From the NCBI GenBank assembly GCA_015490755.1, contig WFXF01000041.1, forward strand, positions 64,002-128,001: 64,000 bases of DNA, in the 5' to 3' direction. The notes under the pieces are model-generated. The model worked only from the letters and a program-made list of their open reading frames with translations, searched no databases and was not told where the DNA came from. Shown here piece by piece: positions 44,513 through 54,115 of the stretch (position 1 is its first letter; the number at the start of each line of letters is the position of its first letter). Source of the stretch: Gammaproteobacteria bacterium. GTDB lineage: Bacteria > Pseudomonadota > Gammaproteobacteria > JAADGQ01. The position numbers were made by a program, and so were the translations under genes.

Positions 44513-45273
44513 GCGGTGCAATACCCGATATAAAAAAAGACGAAGTATTGATTTATGGTTTGCATACGGTGACAGCCGCTCTTAAAAAGCGCCCAAAAGC
44601 GATATGCAGCCTATGGTTTGATGATTCACGTCATGATGAGCGCATGAAGTCTTTGCTTAGGTTAGCAGAAAAATTTTCAGTGCCACTGTATAGCGTACCT
44701 AAAAAAAATATTGAAGCGGTTTGTCCGGAGTCATCACATCAGGGAGTGGTGGCGATTGTCAAGAGTGTTTCTCCGCGAGGTGAAAGTGATCTTCTGGAGA
44801 TGCTTAAACATTTAGAAGAACCTCCCTTTTTACTGATCCTTGATAATATTCAGGACCCTCATAATTTAGGCGCATGTATACGTACTGCGAATGCATGTGG
44901 TGTACATGCGGTGATTGTGCCTAAGGATCGTGCAGTAGGGTTGACTCCTGTAGTGCGCAAAGTCTCTTGTGGTGCAACTGAAAGCACGCCTTTTGTGCAA
45001 GTGACTAATTTGGCACGTACCATGCGTATGTTGCAAAAACAAGGTATCTGGATGATCGGCGCTGCTATGGAGGGTAAAAGCTCTGTTCATCAAGCGTCAC
45101 TGACAGGAGCTCTTGCTTTGGTTATGGGAGCAGAAGGGCGTGGTTTGCGCCGTTTGACTCGGGAAAATTGTGATGCATTGATTAATATTCCTATGGTAGG
45201 TGATGTTGAAAGTTTGAATGTTTCAGTTGCCACGGGCGTTTGTCTTTATGAAGCTCATCGACAACGACAGTAA
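44509..45273 (+). CDS. rlmB: 23S rRNA Gm2251 methyltransferase RlmB
   Basis: DPHNLGACIR, GAEGRGL and ESLNVSVA (SPOUT) motifs; follows rnr. Confidence 0.96.
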   Translation: MSGAIPDIKKDEVLIYGLHTVTAALKKRPKAICSLWFDDSRHDERMKSLLRLAEKFSVPLYSVPKKNIEAVCPESSHQGVVAIVKSVSPRGESDLLEMLKHLEEPPFLLILDNIQDPHNLGACIRTANACGVHAVIVPKDRAVGLTPVVRKVSCGATESTPFVQVTNLARTMRMLQKQGIWMIGAAMEGKSSVHQASLTGALALVMGAEGRGLRRLTRENCDALINIPMVGDVESLNVSVATGVCLYEAHRQRQ

Positions 45274-45303
45274 AAAACAGTTAACAGGATTGAAAAATAA
45301 ATT

Positions 45304-46722
45304 ATGAGTGTTCGTACCCGTTTTGCACCGAGTCCAACAGGTTATTTGCATGTAGGTGGTGCACGCACCGCGCTTTTTTCATGGCTCTATGCTCGTAAGC
45401 ATGGTGGTTCATTTATTTTACGTATCGAAGATACTGATCAGGAACGTTCTACTGCTGAGTCGGTTAATGCCATTTTGGAAGGTATGACATGGCTCGGCCT
45501 GGAGTATGATGAAGGTCCGTTATATCAGACTGACCGTTTTGCTCGATATGACGAAGTGATCCAGAAGCTTTTGGAGGAAGGTAAAGCTTACTATTGTTAT
45601 TGCTCAAAAGATAAGCTGGAAATTATGCGTGCCAAGCAGATGGCCCGTAAAGAGAAGCCTCGTTATGATGGCTGTTGTCGGAATGGAGTTGATTCACCGC
45701 CCGAAGGTGTCAGCCCTGTTGTTCGATTTAAAACTCCGAAAAATGGCTCTGTAGTGATTGATGACCGGGTTCGCGGTCAAGTGGTTTTTCAAAATAGTGA
45801 ACTGGATGATCTGGTTATTGCCCGTTCTGATGGCACACCAACCTATAACTTGACTGTTGTAGTCGATGATCTGGATATGGGGTTAACTCATATTATTCGA
45901 GGTGATGATCACCTGAATAATACGCCCCGCCAGATTAATATTATGAAAGCATTAGGTGTTGTTGATATTCCGAGTTACGCTCATGTTCCCATGATTTTGG
46001 GGGATGATGGCAAGCGACTTTCAAAGAGACATGGTGCCGTGGGTGTCATGCAGTATCGTGATGATGGTTACCTTCCTGAGGCATTATTAAACTATTTAGT
46101 GCGGTTGGGTTGGTCTCATGGTGACCAAGAGATCTTTTCTTTAGATGAGTTGATCGAGTTGTTTGATGATAAAGATATTAATAATTCAGCATCTACTTTC
46201 AATACAAGTAAGCTGCTCTGGCTGAATCAGCACTACATAATGAATAGTGCGCCAGAGCATATTGCACACCACTTAAGTTGGCATATGGGTCAATTGGGTA
46301 TCGATCCAAGTCAAGGGCCAAGCCTTGTTGATGTTGTGCTTGCAACGAGAGAGCGCTCAAAGACACTGGTTGAAATGGCGCAGGGTAGTTTGTTTTTTTA
46401 TAAAGATTTTGAAGAATTTGATGTCAAGGCAGCTAAAAAGAATTTGAAAGCCGCCATTCAAAAGCCACTGATGGCACTGCGTGACCAGCTGGAAGCACTG
46501 GAACTCTGGAAGGGTGAAGCGATCTACAATGCAGTTATTGAAACGGCTAAGAGTTTTGAGATAAAAATGGGTAAATTGGCTCAACCACTTCGTGTTGCGA
46601 TTACGGGTAATTCAATGTCACCACCGATTGATATTACTGCCGAATTGATTGGCAAGGAAAGAGTGTTGAAACGCATTGATTTCGCATTAAAGTATATACA
46701 AAATCGTATGGATAAAAATTAG
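45304..46722 (+). CDS. gltX: Glutamate--tRNA ligase
   Basis: [14 protein letters not shown] and RLSKR motifs. Confidence 0.98.
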   Translation: MSVRTRFAPSPTGYLHVGGARTALFSWLYARKHGGSFILRIEDTDQERSTAESVNAILEGMTWLGLEYDEGPLYQTDRFARYDEVIQKLLEEGKAYYCYCSKDKLEIMRAKQMARKEKPRYDGCCRNGVDSPPEGVSPVVRFKTPKNGSVVIDDRVRGQVVFQNSELDDLVIARSDGTPTYNLTVVVDDLDMGLTHIIRGDDHLNNTPRQINIMKALGVVDIPSYAHVPMILGDDGKRLSKRHGAVGVMQYRDDGYLPEALLNYLVRLGWSHGDQEIFSLDELIELFDDKDINNSASTFNTSKLLWLNQHYIMNSAPEHIAHHLSWHMGQLGIDPSQGPSLVDVVLATRERSKTLVEMAQGSLFFYKDFEEFDVKAAKKNLKAAIQKPLMALRDQLEALELWKGEAIYNAVIETAKSFEIKMGKLAQPLRVAITGNSMSPPIDITAELIGKERVLKRIDFALKYIQNRMDKN

Positions 46723-46734
46723 TAAAAAAAAGTC

Positions 46735-46763
46735 TTGACGAACATAATATCGTTACGTATTAT
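46735..46763 (+). promoter_or_regulatory. Sigma-70 promoter of the tRNA-Ala/tRNA-Glu operon
   Basis: TTGACG-N17-TATTAT with an upstream A tract. Confidence 0.8.
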
Positions 46764-46781
46764 GCCGATTCCTTAGCGCGA

Positions 46782-46857
46782 GGGGCCATAGCTCAGCTGG
46801 GAGAGCGCTACACTGGCAGTGTAGAGGTCGGCGGTTCGATCCCGCCTGGCTCCACCA
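46782..46857 (+). tRNA. tRNA-Ala(GGC)
   Basis: 76-nt cloverleaf; anticodon arm CTACA-CTGGCAG-TGTAG; CCA end. Confidence 0.97.
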
Positions 46858-46893
46858 AAGTTATGGGTCTCGTGCTAGAGAGGTAAGTCCTAC

Positions 46894-47554
<661 letters not shown>

Positions 47555-47569
47555 TGGCGGTCATCGTGA

Positions 47570-47897
47570 ACATCAACTTCCACCGCCCCTGCTTTTTCCC
47601 GGAAACCTGCACCGATGCCAGGGGAAAACAGCGCAAGGTCTACCGCTACGAGGACATGATGACGCCCTATGACAAGCTTAAATCACTCACCAACGCCAAG
47701 GATTATTTGAAGCCTGGTCTCAGCTTTGAAATACTCGACAAGCTCGCTCACCAGATCAGCGACAACCAGGCGGCGGACCGGCTCCAAAAGGCCCGCCAGA
47801 CACTATTCAAAACCATTCATGGGCGGACCCTGAAAACCGGCTGACAAAACACGCTCTCACCCTCTCTTCAGACTCATTTATGGATTGGAAAATACTG
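47570..47897 (+). mobile_element. IS remnant: 3' end of a DDE/rve-type transposase (ISNCY-like) with probable right end
   Basis: INFHRPCFFPET...MTPYDKLKSL...ISDNQAA, stop at 47844; higher GC than flanks; exact end uncertain. Confidence 0.7.
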
Positions 47898-48155
47898 ACC
47901 GTCTAATTGGTTTATCTGACGGTGCCAGTAGTCTATGGATAGTTCCTGTGAGAGAGAATGTTCATGTGGTACATCTTGTGTGTATTCCCAAACTCATGAT
48001 TTTTCAAAATGTGAATTGAGGTGGTCTGCTCAACCTCCCCAAAAAAGAGGCGCACCAAGCCGTGTTTTCATGGTGTAGTTGGTAGAGTGGGAATTCCCTG
48101 AGTCGTAAAACAGGGCCAGGCGACTCGCCTGCCATTTCGAGTGCAAACGGCGTCT

Positions 48156-49073
48156 TCAGCTCCAGGGGCCGCCTGGTTTCCACTTCAAGGTAAAATTCTC
48201 CTCACACACCAAAGCCTGCGTTGGTGGAACAAGAAACTTCTCCAGGAAATGGCAAGTATCTTCCAGTGACAGCGGTGTGGCGACGAGCATCCCTTTTCTC
48301 AGGAAAGCATTCCACTGCATGTTCTTTTGCCTATCTTCATAAAATTCGGGACTAAACCCGGATGGCGTCTGTTTCGGCAGTGGTGTGCGACGACACGAGA
48401 AGGTGTTGCCGACTGCTTCGGACAATATTGATCCGTCGAAATCAAACGAACGGGCAATGACCCAAATATCGTAGAAATCTTTCATTCGGCTATTCGCCAT
48501 GCCCAGATTGACCAGCGCTTGGTATTTTTCCGCCACCACCGTTTCTCGGGGATACGCTCTCAAACGAGGTGTGGGTGTATCCAACAGAGTGGGATATTCG
48601 ATCTCTCTTGCTTCGGGTGTTACGACATCCCCAAAACCGATGTCGGCATGAATCGATATTCTGGCTCCGGCCAGATCACCGAACAATTTTACCCGCATGC
48701 CTCCATATTCTGATTCGTCGCGAATTGCCTCAACTCGCACACTCTCTGGCGCTAGGGTTATACCGTCATCCTCGACAGGGAAGTTACAGAGTTCCTGAAA
48801 GATTGCTTGCAGGCTTAGTTCACTGCTGTCGCCAAAGCCAAGAAAATCAACATCGCGTGTTGGACGGTGCGGTTGATCACTCCAAACCATGAAAAGCATC
48901 GCGCCCTTCAGAATAAAGCGATCCCGATAGTTTGATTGGCTTAGGCGGTACAAGAGCCGTTCCAATCCGTATTGAGTCAGGAGTAGTTGGAAATCTTCAC
49001 CTCTTTTCCGTGCCAGTGACAGTAATCGGTCACGCATTGAGGCTGCAGTGTTTTCCCCACGTTTATCATTCAT
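48156..49073 (-). CDS. abiEii: AbiEii-family nucleotidyltransferase toxin (type IV TA)
   Basis: ERLLYRL, FILKG, RPTRDVD and NSRMKDFYD motifs. Confidence 0.92.
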   Translation of the reverse strand: MNDKRGENTAASMRDRLLSLARKRGEDFQLLLTQYGLERLLYRLSQSNYRDRFILKGAMLFMVWSDQPHRPTRDVDFLGFGDSSELSLQAIFQELCNFPVEDDGITLAPESVRVEAIRDESEYGGMRVKLFGDLAGARISIHADIGFGDVVTPEAREIEYPTLLDTPTPRLRAYPRETVVAEKYQALVNLGMANSRMKDFYDIWVIARSFDFDGSILSEAVGNTFSCRRTPLPKQTPSGFSPEFYEDRQKNMQWNAFLRKGMLVATPLSLEDTCHFLEKFLVPPTQALVCEENFTLKWKPGGPWS

Positions 49074-49681
49074 GTCGCGACTGACTCCAGGTAGGGACGC
49101 ATGACATTGCGGACACGGCAGATATCAGCGTAGTGCCACAGATCATCCATAGTACAGCGCCGCGCCTGCCAACACTCCCTGAGTGCCTCAATGGCAACGT
49201 CCAGGCCGATTTTATTCCGGTATTTAAAACAGTCTGCAACCGTTTTGGCAGGGCAATATACCTGTACAGTGACTCCCTCGATTTGGTGTTTTTCAATACC
49301 CGCATCAAGGGTAGTTTGGGAGAATCGCACGATACGCAGCGGTGGATACTCAATACGCGGTCGCCAAGCTTTTTCACCTATGGCTAGCCAGACTTCAAAT
49401 GGCGCTTGGGTTGTAAGTTCGTGAAAGCGCAGAGCGGATAGTAGGCAGACCACGCCCTTGGGTACTCGTTTACAGACCTCGGCCAGTGAATGGTGTTCAG
49501 TAGCGTCGCTCCCTGGCAGGACATAAAGGCCACGGCCAATCCGTTGTAGTTTACTGGCATCACAAAGGCGGCTGAGATAGGTTCTGGGGATGCCGTGGGA
49601 ATCCAGGTCTCGGGGACGCAGAACGCCCTTATTCTTGACCATCTCCAGGACTCTTTCTGTGTGTGTGGCTCTGAGTTTCAT
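49070..49681 (-). CDS. abiEi: AbiEi-family antitoxin/transcriptional regulator
   Basis: wHTH RIGRGLY, CLLSALRFHELTT and AKTVADCFKYRNKIG motifs; ATGA overlap with the toxin. Confidence 0.92.
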   Translation of the reverse strand: MKLRATHTERVLEMVKNKGVLRPRDLDSHGIPRTYLSRLCDASKLQRIGRGLYVLPGSDATEHHSLAEVCKRVPKGVVCLLSALRFHELTTQAPFEVWLAIGEKAWRPRIEYPPLRIVRFSQTTLDAGIEKHQIEGVTVQVYCPAKTVADCFKYRNKIGLDVAIEALRECWQARRCTMDDLWHYADICRVRNVMRPYLESVAT

Positions 49682-49687
49682 GGCATT

Positions 49688-49739
49688 AATGTTACAATAC
49701 CTAGTGTAATGCATACAACTCTTTAGGTATTGTAACATT
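49688..49739. promoter_or_regulatory. Inverted-repeat operator upstream of abiEi
   Basis: Perfect 16-bp arms AATGTTACAATACCTA / TAGGTATTGTAACATT with a 20-bp spacer. Confidence 0.8.
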
Positions 49740-49883
49740 GAGGGGTATTTCTTATAGTAGCTCGGTTGTCATGTAACATGTTGATTGTTTTTGATAAATG
49801 CAACTTCTTTGGCAACACAGCTTGTCTGTTCTTTGTGATCAGCAGATACCGGATATCTATCGCGTACCCTTGGGGACGCCATA

Positions 49884-49937
49884 TTTGGCCTGTTATCCAC
49901 TGCAAACCTGTAGTGGATTCAGCAATCTAAAGTCTCT
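49884..49937 (-). pseudogene. Relic 3' tail of a second, related serine recombinase
   Basis: Reads ETLDC*IHYRFAVDNRPN, then MASPR through the att core; collinear with 46972-47025. Confidence 0.7.
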
Positions 49938-50057
49938 CGACCAGAGGTCTTATAGGTTATTTACAGCGCTCTTTCGGTATCGGCCGGAAGTTCTCAGCGA
50001 AATTTTTCGGCTCTATGTGATTTATAGTGGGTAGGTGTCATAATCTGCAGTCGTAGT

Positions 50058-50342
50058 GTAGGTCGGGTTAGCGCAGCGTAATCCGACAAAGTAATTGACG
50101 AGAGACATGACACCAATCCAGCAAGCCACAACTCATTCACTACCCACATCCGCCGCTAACACCTTCCTTTCCATCATGTCGGGTCAGCTCCTCCCGCTAG
50201 AAAACATCATAACGCATTGACATATAAAGAAAATGCGATAAAAAGTTTACGAAATAATTATGTTTAACTTATTGACTATAAAGTAAAATTTTCTCTGTCG
50301 GGAGTTCTTGATGTCGGGTTACGCTGCGCTAACCCGACCTAC
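50058..50342. repeat. REP doublet copy 2, with the right REP interrupted by a MITE
   Basis: Same REP arms and spacer as copy 1, plus 135 extra bp (126-bp insert and 9-bp duplication). Confidence 0.9.
50185..50310. mobile_element. 126-bp MITE with a 9-bp target duplication
   Basis: ATGTCGGGT at 50176-50184 and 50311-50319; imperfect terminal inverted repeats CA....CTCCCG..AGA.AA. Confidence 0.8.
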
Positions 50343-50362
50343 GTTACTCTGCTCTGCCTGAA

Positions 50363-50441
50363 GAGCGTAGTGCGGGAAATACGCACGCTACGTTCTATGG
50401 GAATCGGTGAGGGATGCCGTGGGGCATCCCCCTATCCCGAT
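50363..50441 (+). ncRNA. Group II intron 3' remnant (domains V-VI)
   Basis: D5 hairpin GAGCGTAGTGCGG-GAAA-TACGCACGCTACGTTC (AGC triad, bulge); D6 hairpin GGGATGCC/GGCATCCC; canonical end CCTATCCCGAT. Confidence 0.85.
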
Positions 50442-50491
50442 TAGCTGTTCACGAAGCTTTCTCAATATCTCAAGTTTATGGAATATTTGGC

Positions 50492-50510
50492 GTAATTACA
50501 TTATAGTTAC
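50492..50510. promoter_or_regulatory. Possible MazE autoregulatory operator
   Basis: Imperfect palindrome GTAATTACATTATAGTTAC about 30 nt upstream of the antitoxin start. Confidence 0.5.
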
Positions 50511-50539
50511 TTAATATTTCTGGATTGGAGAGAATAAAA

Positions 50540-50794
50540 ATGGCTCATTTAGTTAAGATCGGAAATTCTCAAGGTATTAGAATCCCTAAGCCTTTAGTTG
50601 AGCAGGCTCACCTGGAAGGAAAAGAGCTTAAGTTACAGTTGGTTAACGAGGGCTTGCTTATTACACCTGAAAAAGAAGCTAGGAATGGGTGGAAAGAAGC
50701 AATAGAAGGAGTGATTTCGGATCAAGGCCAAGAAGCACTAGATAGTGAATGGCTTGATACCCCTTTGGCTTCGGATGATGAACTAGAATGGTGA
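50540..50794 (+). CDS. mazE: AbrB/MazE-family antitoxin
   Basis: KIGNSQGIRIPK motif, acidic C-terminus; GGAG ribosome-binding site. Confidence 0.92.
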   Translation: MAHLVKIGNSQGIRIPKPLVEQAHLEGKELKLQLVNEGLLITPEKEARNGWKEAIEGVISDQGQEALDSEWLDTPLASDDELEW

Positions 50795-51111
50795 TGGTAA
50801 AGCGATTTGATGTATGGCTCGTTGATCTCAATCCTGCCAAGGGGCGAGAAATCAATAAGACACGGCCCTGTATTGTGATATCTCCAAATGAAATGTCAGC
50901 GTTGTCTACGGTACTTATGGCTCCAATGACAACAAAGGGCTTTGATTTTCCTTGCCGTATTAAGTGTAGGTTTAAGGGCAAAAGTGGTCTGATCTTGCTT
51001 GATCAAATTAGGGCGATAGATAAGTCTAGGTTGGTAAAAAAGCTTGGAACAATTAGCGCCAAAACACAGATCGAATTGTGTTCCTGTTTACAGGAGATGT
51101 TCGAGCATTAA
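50788..51111 (+). CDS. mazF: PemK/MazF-family toxin
   Basis: VWLVDLNP..G.E..KTRPC and DQIRAIDKSRL motifs. Confidence 0.94.
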   Translation: MVMVKRFDVWLVDLNPAKGREINKTRPCIVISPNEMSALSTVLMAPMTTKGFDFPCRIKCRFKGKSGLILLDQIRAIDKSRLVKKLGTISAKTQIELCSCLQEMFEH

Positions 51112-51189
51112 AACAGCTAACGAATAAGGTTAGATCTGAAGGCTCTATGTGATTTATAGTGGGTAAGTGTCATAATCTGCAGTCGTAGT

Positions 51190-51344
51190 GTAGGTCGGGT
51201 TAGCGCAGCGTAACCCGACAAAGCAATTGACGAGAAACATGACACCAATCCAGCAAAGCAAGCCACAACTTATTCACTACCCACATCCGCCGCTAACACC
51301 TTCCTTTCCATCATGTCGGGTTACGCTGCGCTAACCCGACCTAC
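51190..51344. repeat. REP doublet copy 3
   Basis: Same arms and spacer, with a small duplication (GCAAAGCAAG). Confidence 0.9.
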
Positions 51345-51742
51345 GTCTGAGTTTCAATCCCGTTCATAAGTCCATAAGTCCGGTCAGTTATTACCTGTCG
51401 TGTCGTAAGTTATTGTTTTTAAAAGCCCGAAAACACAGTTTTCGGCCCATCTCCAATTTCTGCTGACACCTCCTGACAGGCTTTGTCTATAATGGCAGTT
51501 TTTTTCCTTTAAAATCAATCATCTATTTGCTTTTTATAAGCTATTGATTAATATAGGTTTTCGTTACTTATCACCATATGCCAAGGCTTGAATGTTTGGT
51601 GGGCCGATAAGAATGATTCTTGTTTGTGACTAGATCTATAATTCTTTAATCTCTTGGAGTCTGATTCTCCGTGGCTTGCCACGTTATAAAAAAGTTGTTG
51701 CGATGAAATTTCAATGGCTGTGAAATGTTTCTCAATAATTGC

Positions 51743-52348
51743 TTATCTTTTATACCAATGCTGACGCAGTGCCGTGAAAACTTTATTGGGGTATTTAGAG
51801 CTTCCAAGGCTGCCATTATAGCGGCCTAATGCTCGCGTATAATTTCCTTTTTCCATATCCAGGTAGTGACGCAAAATCGTGCAGCCAAAGCGTAAATTAA
51901 TACTGACATGAAATAAGTTGTCATCAGGACGACCAATTTCTTTGAGCCAGAAGGGCATGATTTGCATAAGGCCACGAGCGCCCGCAGAAGAGATCGCCCA
52001 GCGATCAAAATTACTCTCTACGTCAATGACGGCTAAAACCATTTCCGGCGGCAGATTGGCACGTTTGGCTTCAAAATGAACGGCTTTGAGAAGTTCAATG
52101 CGTTTTTTATCATCTTTGATCCGTTTTTTGAGCCGATGGGAATAATCAGTGAGCCAGACCTCGGCATCAAAGCGATTTTGAAAGCTGTCAGTCTCATTGA
52201 TGGCCTTGATCAAGGCGTTACGTAGTGTTTTATCTGAATGTTGAGGGGATGTTGAGGCAAAAACTTCACTGTTAAAAGCAATTAAAGCCAGGCATACAAG
52301 AAGGCTGATGACCAGCCTTTTTTGTATATTAATCGTCCCTGCTTTCAT
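51743..52348 (-). CDS. SLT-domain lytic transglycosylase family protein
   Basis: Signal peptide; VESNFD, GARGLMQIMPFW and ALGRYNG motifs; usual position downstream of proS. Confidence 0.92.
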   Translation of the reverse strand: MKAGTINIQKRLVISLLVCLALIAFNSEVFASTSPQHSDKTLRNALIKAINETDSFQNRFDAEVWLTDYSHRLKKRIKDDKKRIELLKAVHFEAKRANLPPEMVLAVIDVESNFDRWAISSAGARGLMQIMPFWLKEIGRPDDNLFHVSINLRFGCTILRHYLDMEKGNYTRALGRYNGSLGSSKYPNKVFTALRQHWYKR

Positions 52349-52367
52349 TGATTTTTATGCTTGAAAT

Positions 52368-54074
52368 TTATATTTTACTTGTAATAAACGATATCACCTG
52401 GTCAATAGCGATATCCCGTGCTTCGCTGTCACTGCGATATTTGTATTCAATAGTACCGGCTTCCAGGCCACGATTACTGATCACTAACCGGTGTGGGATA
52501 CCAATCAACTCCATATCGGCAAACATAATTCCTGCACGCTCTTTTCGATCATCAAATATGACATCAATATCGGCGGCTTGAAGTTCTTCATAAAGTTTTT
52601 GTGCGGTTTCACGCACCTGTGTGGATTTGTGCATATTCATGGGAACCAGAGCAACCTGAAAGGGTGCCAGTGCCTGGGGCCAGATGATGCCTTTGTTATC
52701 ACTGTTTTGCTCAATGGCTGAGGCAACGATGCGTGAGACTCCGATGCCGTAACAACCCATCTGCATCGTAACTTTTTTACCATTTTCATTGAGGCAGGCG
52801 GCGTTCATGGCAGTGCTGTATTTATCACCGAGCTGGAATATATGGCCGACTTCAATGCCACGGGCGATAGAGAGTTGACCCTGGCCATCGGGGCTGGCAT
52901 CACCTTCTACAACATTACGCAGATCAGCGACTTGAGGTTCTGGCAGGTCACGTCCCCAGTTCACGCCAGTTAAATGTTTGTTATTTTCATTGGCACCGCA
53001 AACAAAATCAGCAAGGTGTGCTGCACTGTGGTCAGCAATGATGGTGATTTCAAGGCCAACCGGTCCGACAAAGCCTGGTTCACAGTTTGCAATGGCTTTG
53101 ACTTGCGCTTCCGATATCAATGTAAGTGGTGTTGCAATGGCCTCCAGTTTTTCAGCTTTAGTCGTATTTAATTCGTGATCACCGCGTAGCACCAGTGCAA
53201 CGATTGAACCTTCTTCACTACCTTGTACAAGTAAAGTTTTGATGCAATGAATCGCATCAATTTTGAGGAAATCACTGACATCATTGATGCTTTTTTGGTT
53301 TGGAGTATCAACCGTTTTCAGAGAAGCATTTGCGCCCGGTCGATCACCTGACGGTGCAACTGCTTCAGCGAGCTCTACATTTGCGGCGTAATCGCTCGCA
53401 TTCGAGAATGCGATGGCATCTTCACCGGAATCAGCCAATACATGAAATTCATGGGATGTATTGCCGCCAATGCTGCCTGTATCTGCCTGAACAGGACGGT
53501 AGTCTAGCCCTAATCGATTGAAAATACGTGAGTAGGTGGCAAACATTGTATTGTAAGTTTCTTGCAATGAATCTTGATTTGCATGAAAAGAGTAAGCATC
53601 TTTCATTAAAAATTCACGGGCACGCATCACGCCGAAACGAGGGCGAATTTCATCACGGAATTTTGTCTGTATCTGATAAAAAATAGCAGGTAGTTGCTTG
53701 TAACTGTGAATCTCCTTGCTGACAAAATCTGTAATTACCTCTTCGTGGGTGGGGCCAAAACAGAATTTACGGTGGTGGCGATCATTGAGGCGCAGAAGTT
53801 CAGAGCCGTATTGATCCCAACGTCCAGACTCTTCCCAGAGTTCGGCGGGTTGTATTGCTGGCATTAATAGCTCCTGTGCGCCGACACGATCCATCTCTTG
53901 TCGTACGATAGCTTCTACTTTGCGCAAAACGCGCAGCCCCATCGGTAGCCAGATATAGAGGCCGGAAGCCAGTTTACGGATCATACCGGCGCGTAACATA
54001 AGTTTGTGGCTGGTGGTGACCGCCTCGCTCGGTGTCTCTTTGACGGTGGCGAGTAGAAATTGTGTGGTACGCAT
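52368..54074 (-). CDS. proS: Proline--tRNA ligase
   Basis: [16 protein letters not shown] and GIEVGHIF motifs; editing insertion present. Confidence 0.98.
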   Translation of the reverse strand: MRTTQFLLATVKETPSEAVTTSHKLMLRAGMIRKLASGLYIWLPMGLRVLRKVEAIVRQEMDRVGAQELLMPAIQPAELWEESGRWDQYGSELLRLNDRHHRKFCFGPTHEEVITDFVSKEIHSYKQLPAIFYQIQTKFRDEIRPRFGVMRAREFLMKDAYSFHANQDSLQETYNTMFATYSRIFNRLGLDYRPVQADTGSIGGNTSHEFHVLADSGEDAIAFSNASDYAANVELAEAVAPSGDRPGANASLKTVDTPNQKSINDVSDFLKIDAIHCIKTLLVQGSEEGSIVALVLRGDHELNTTKAEKLEAIATPLTLISEAQVKAIANCEPGFVGPVGLEITIIADHSAAHLADFVCGANENNKHLTGVNWGRDLPEPQVADLRNVVEGDASPDGQGQLSIARGIEVGHIFQLGDKYSTAMNAACLNENGKKVTMQMGCYGIGVSRIVASAIEQNSDNKGIIWPQALAPFQVALVPMNMHKSTQVRETAQKLYEELQAADIDVIFDDRKERAGIMFADMELIGIPHRLVISNRGLEAGTIEYKYRSDSEARDIAIDQVISFITSKI

Positions 54075-54115
54075 GGGGTGGGTTTATCCTTAAATATTAC
54101 AAATAACTAAAAATT

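Larger units (their letters stand above)
50442..51121. mobile_element. Integron-cassette-like unit carrying mazEF
   Basis: Complementary ends (T)TAGCTGTT ... AACAGCTAAC, matching the GTT/AAC core boxes; right box lies immediately after the toxin stop codon. Confidence 0.65.

Noticed and set aside
49723..50034. ORFs 49723-49905(-) and 49798-50034(+); the peptide LFRYRPEVLSEIFRL is faintly IS91-transposase-like
   Set aside because: They span att and repeat junctions; the match is too short to call without a search
51719..51734. CRP-like TGTGA-N6-TCTCA
   Set aside because: No downstream gene to regulate; could be chance
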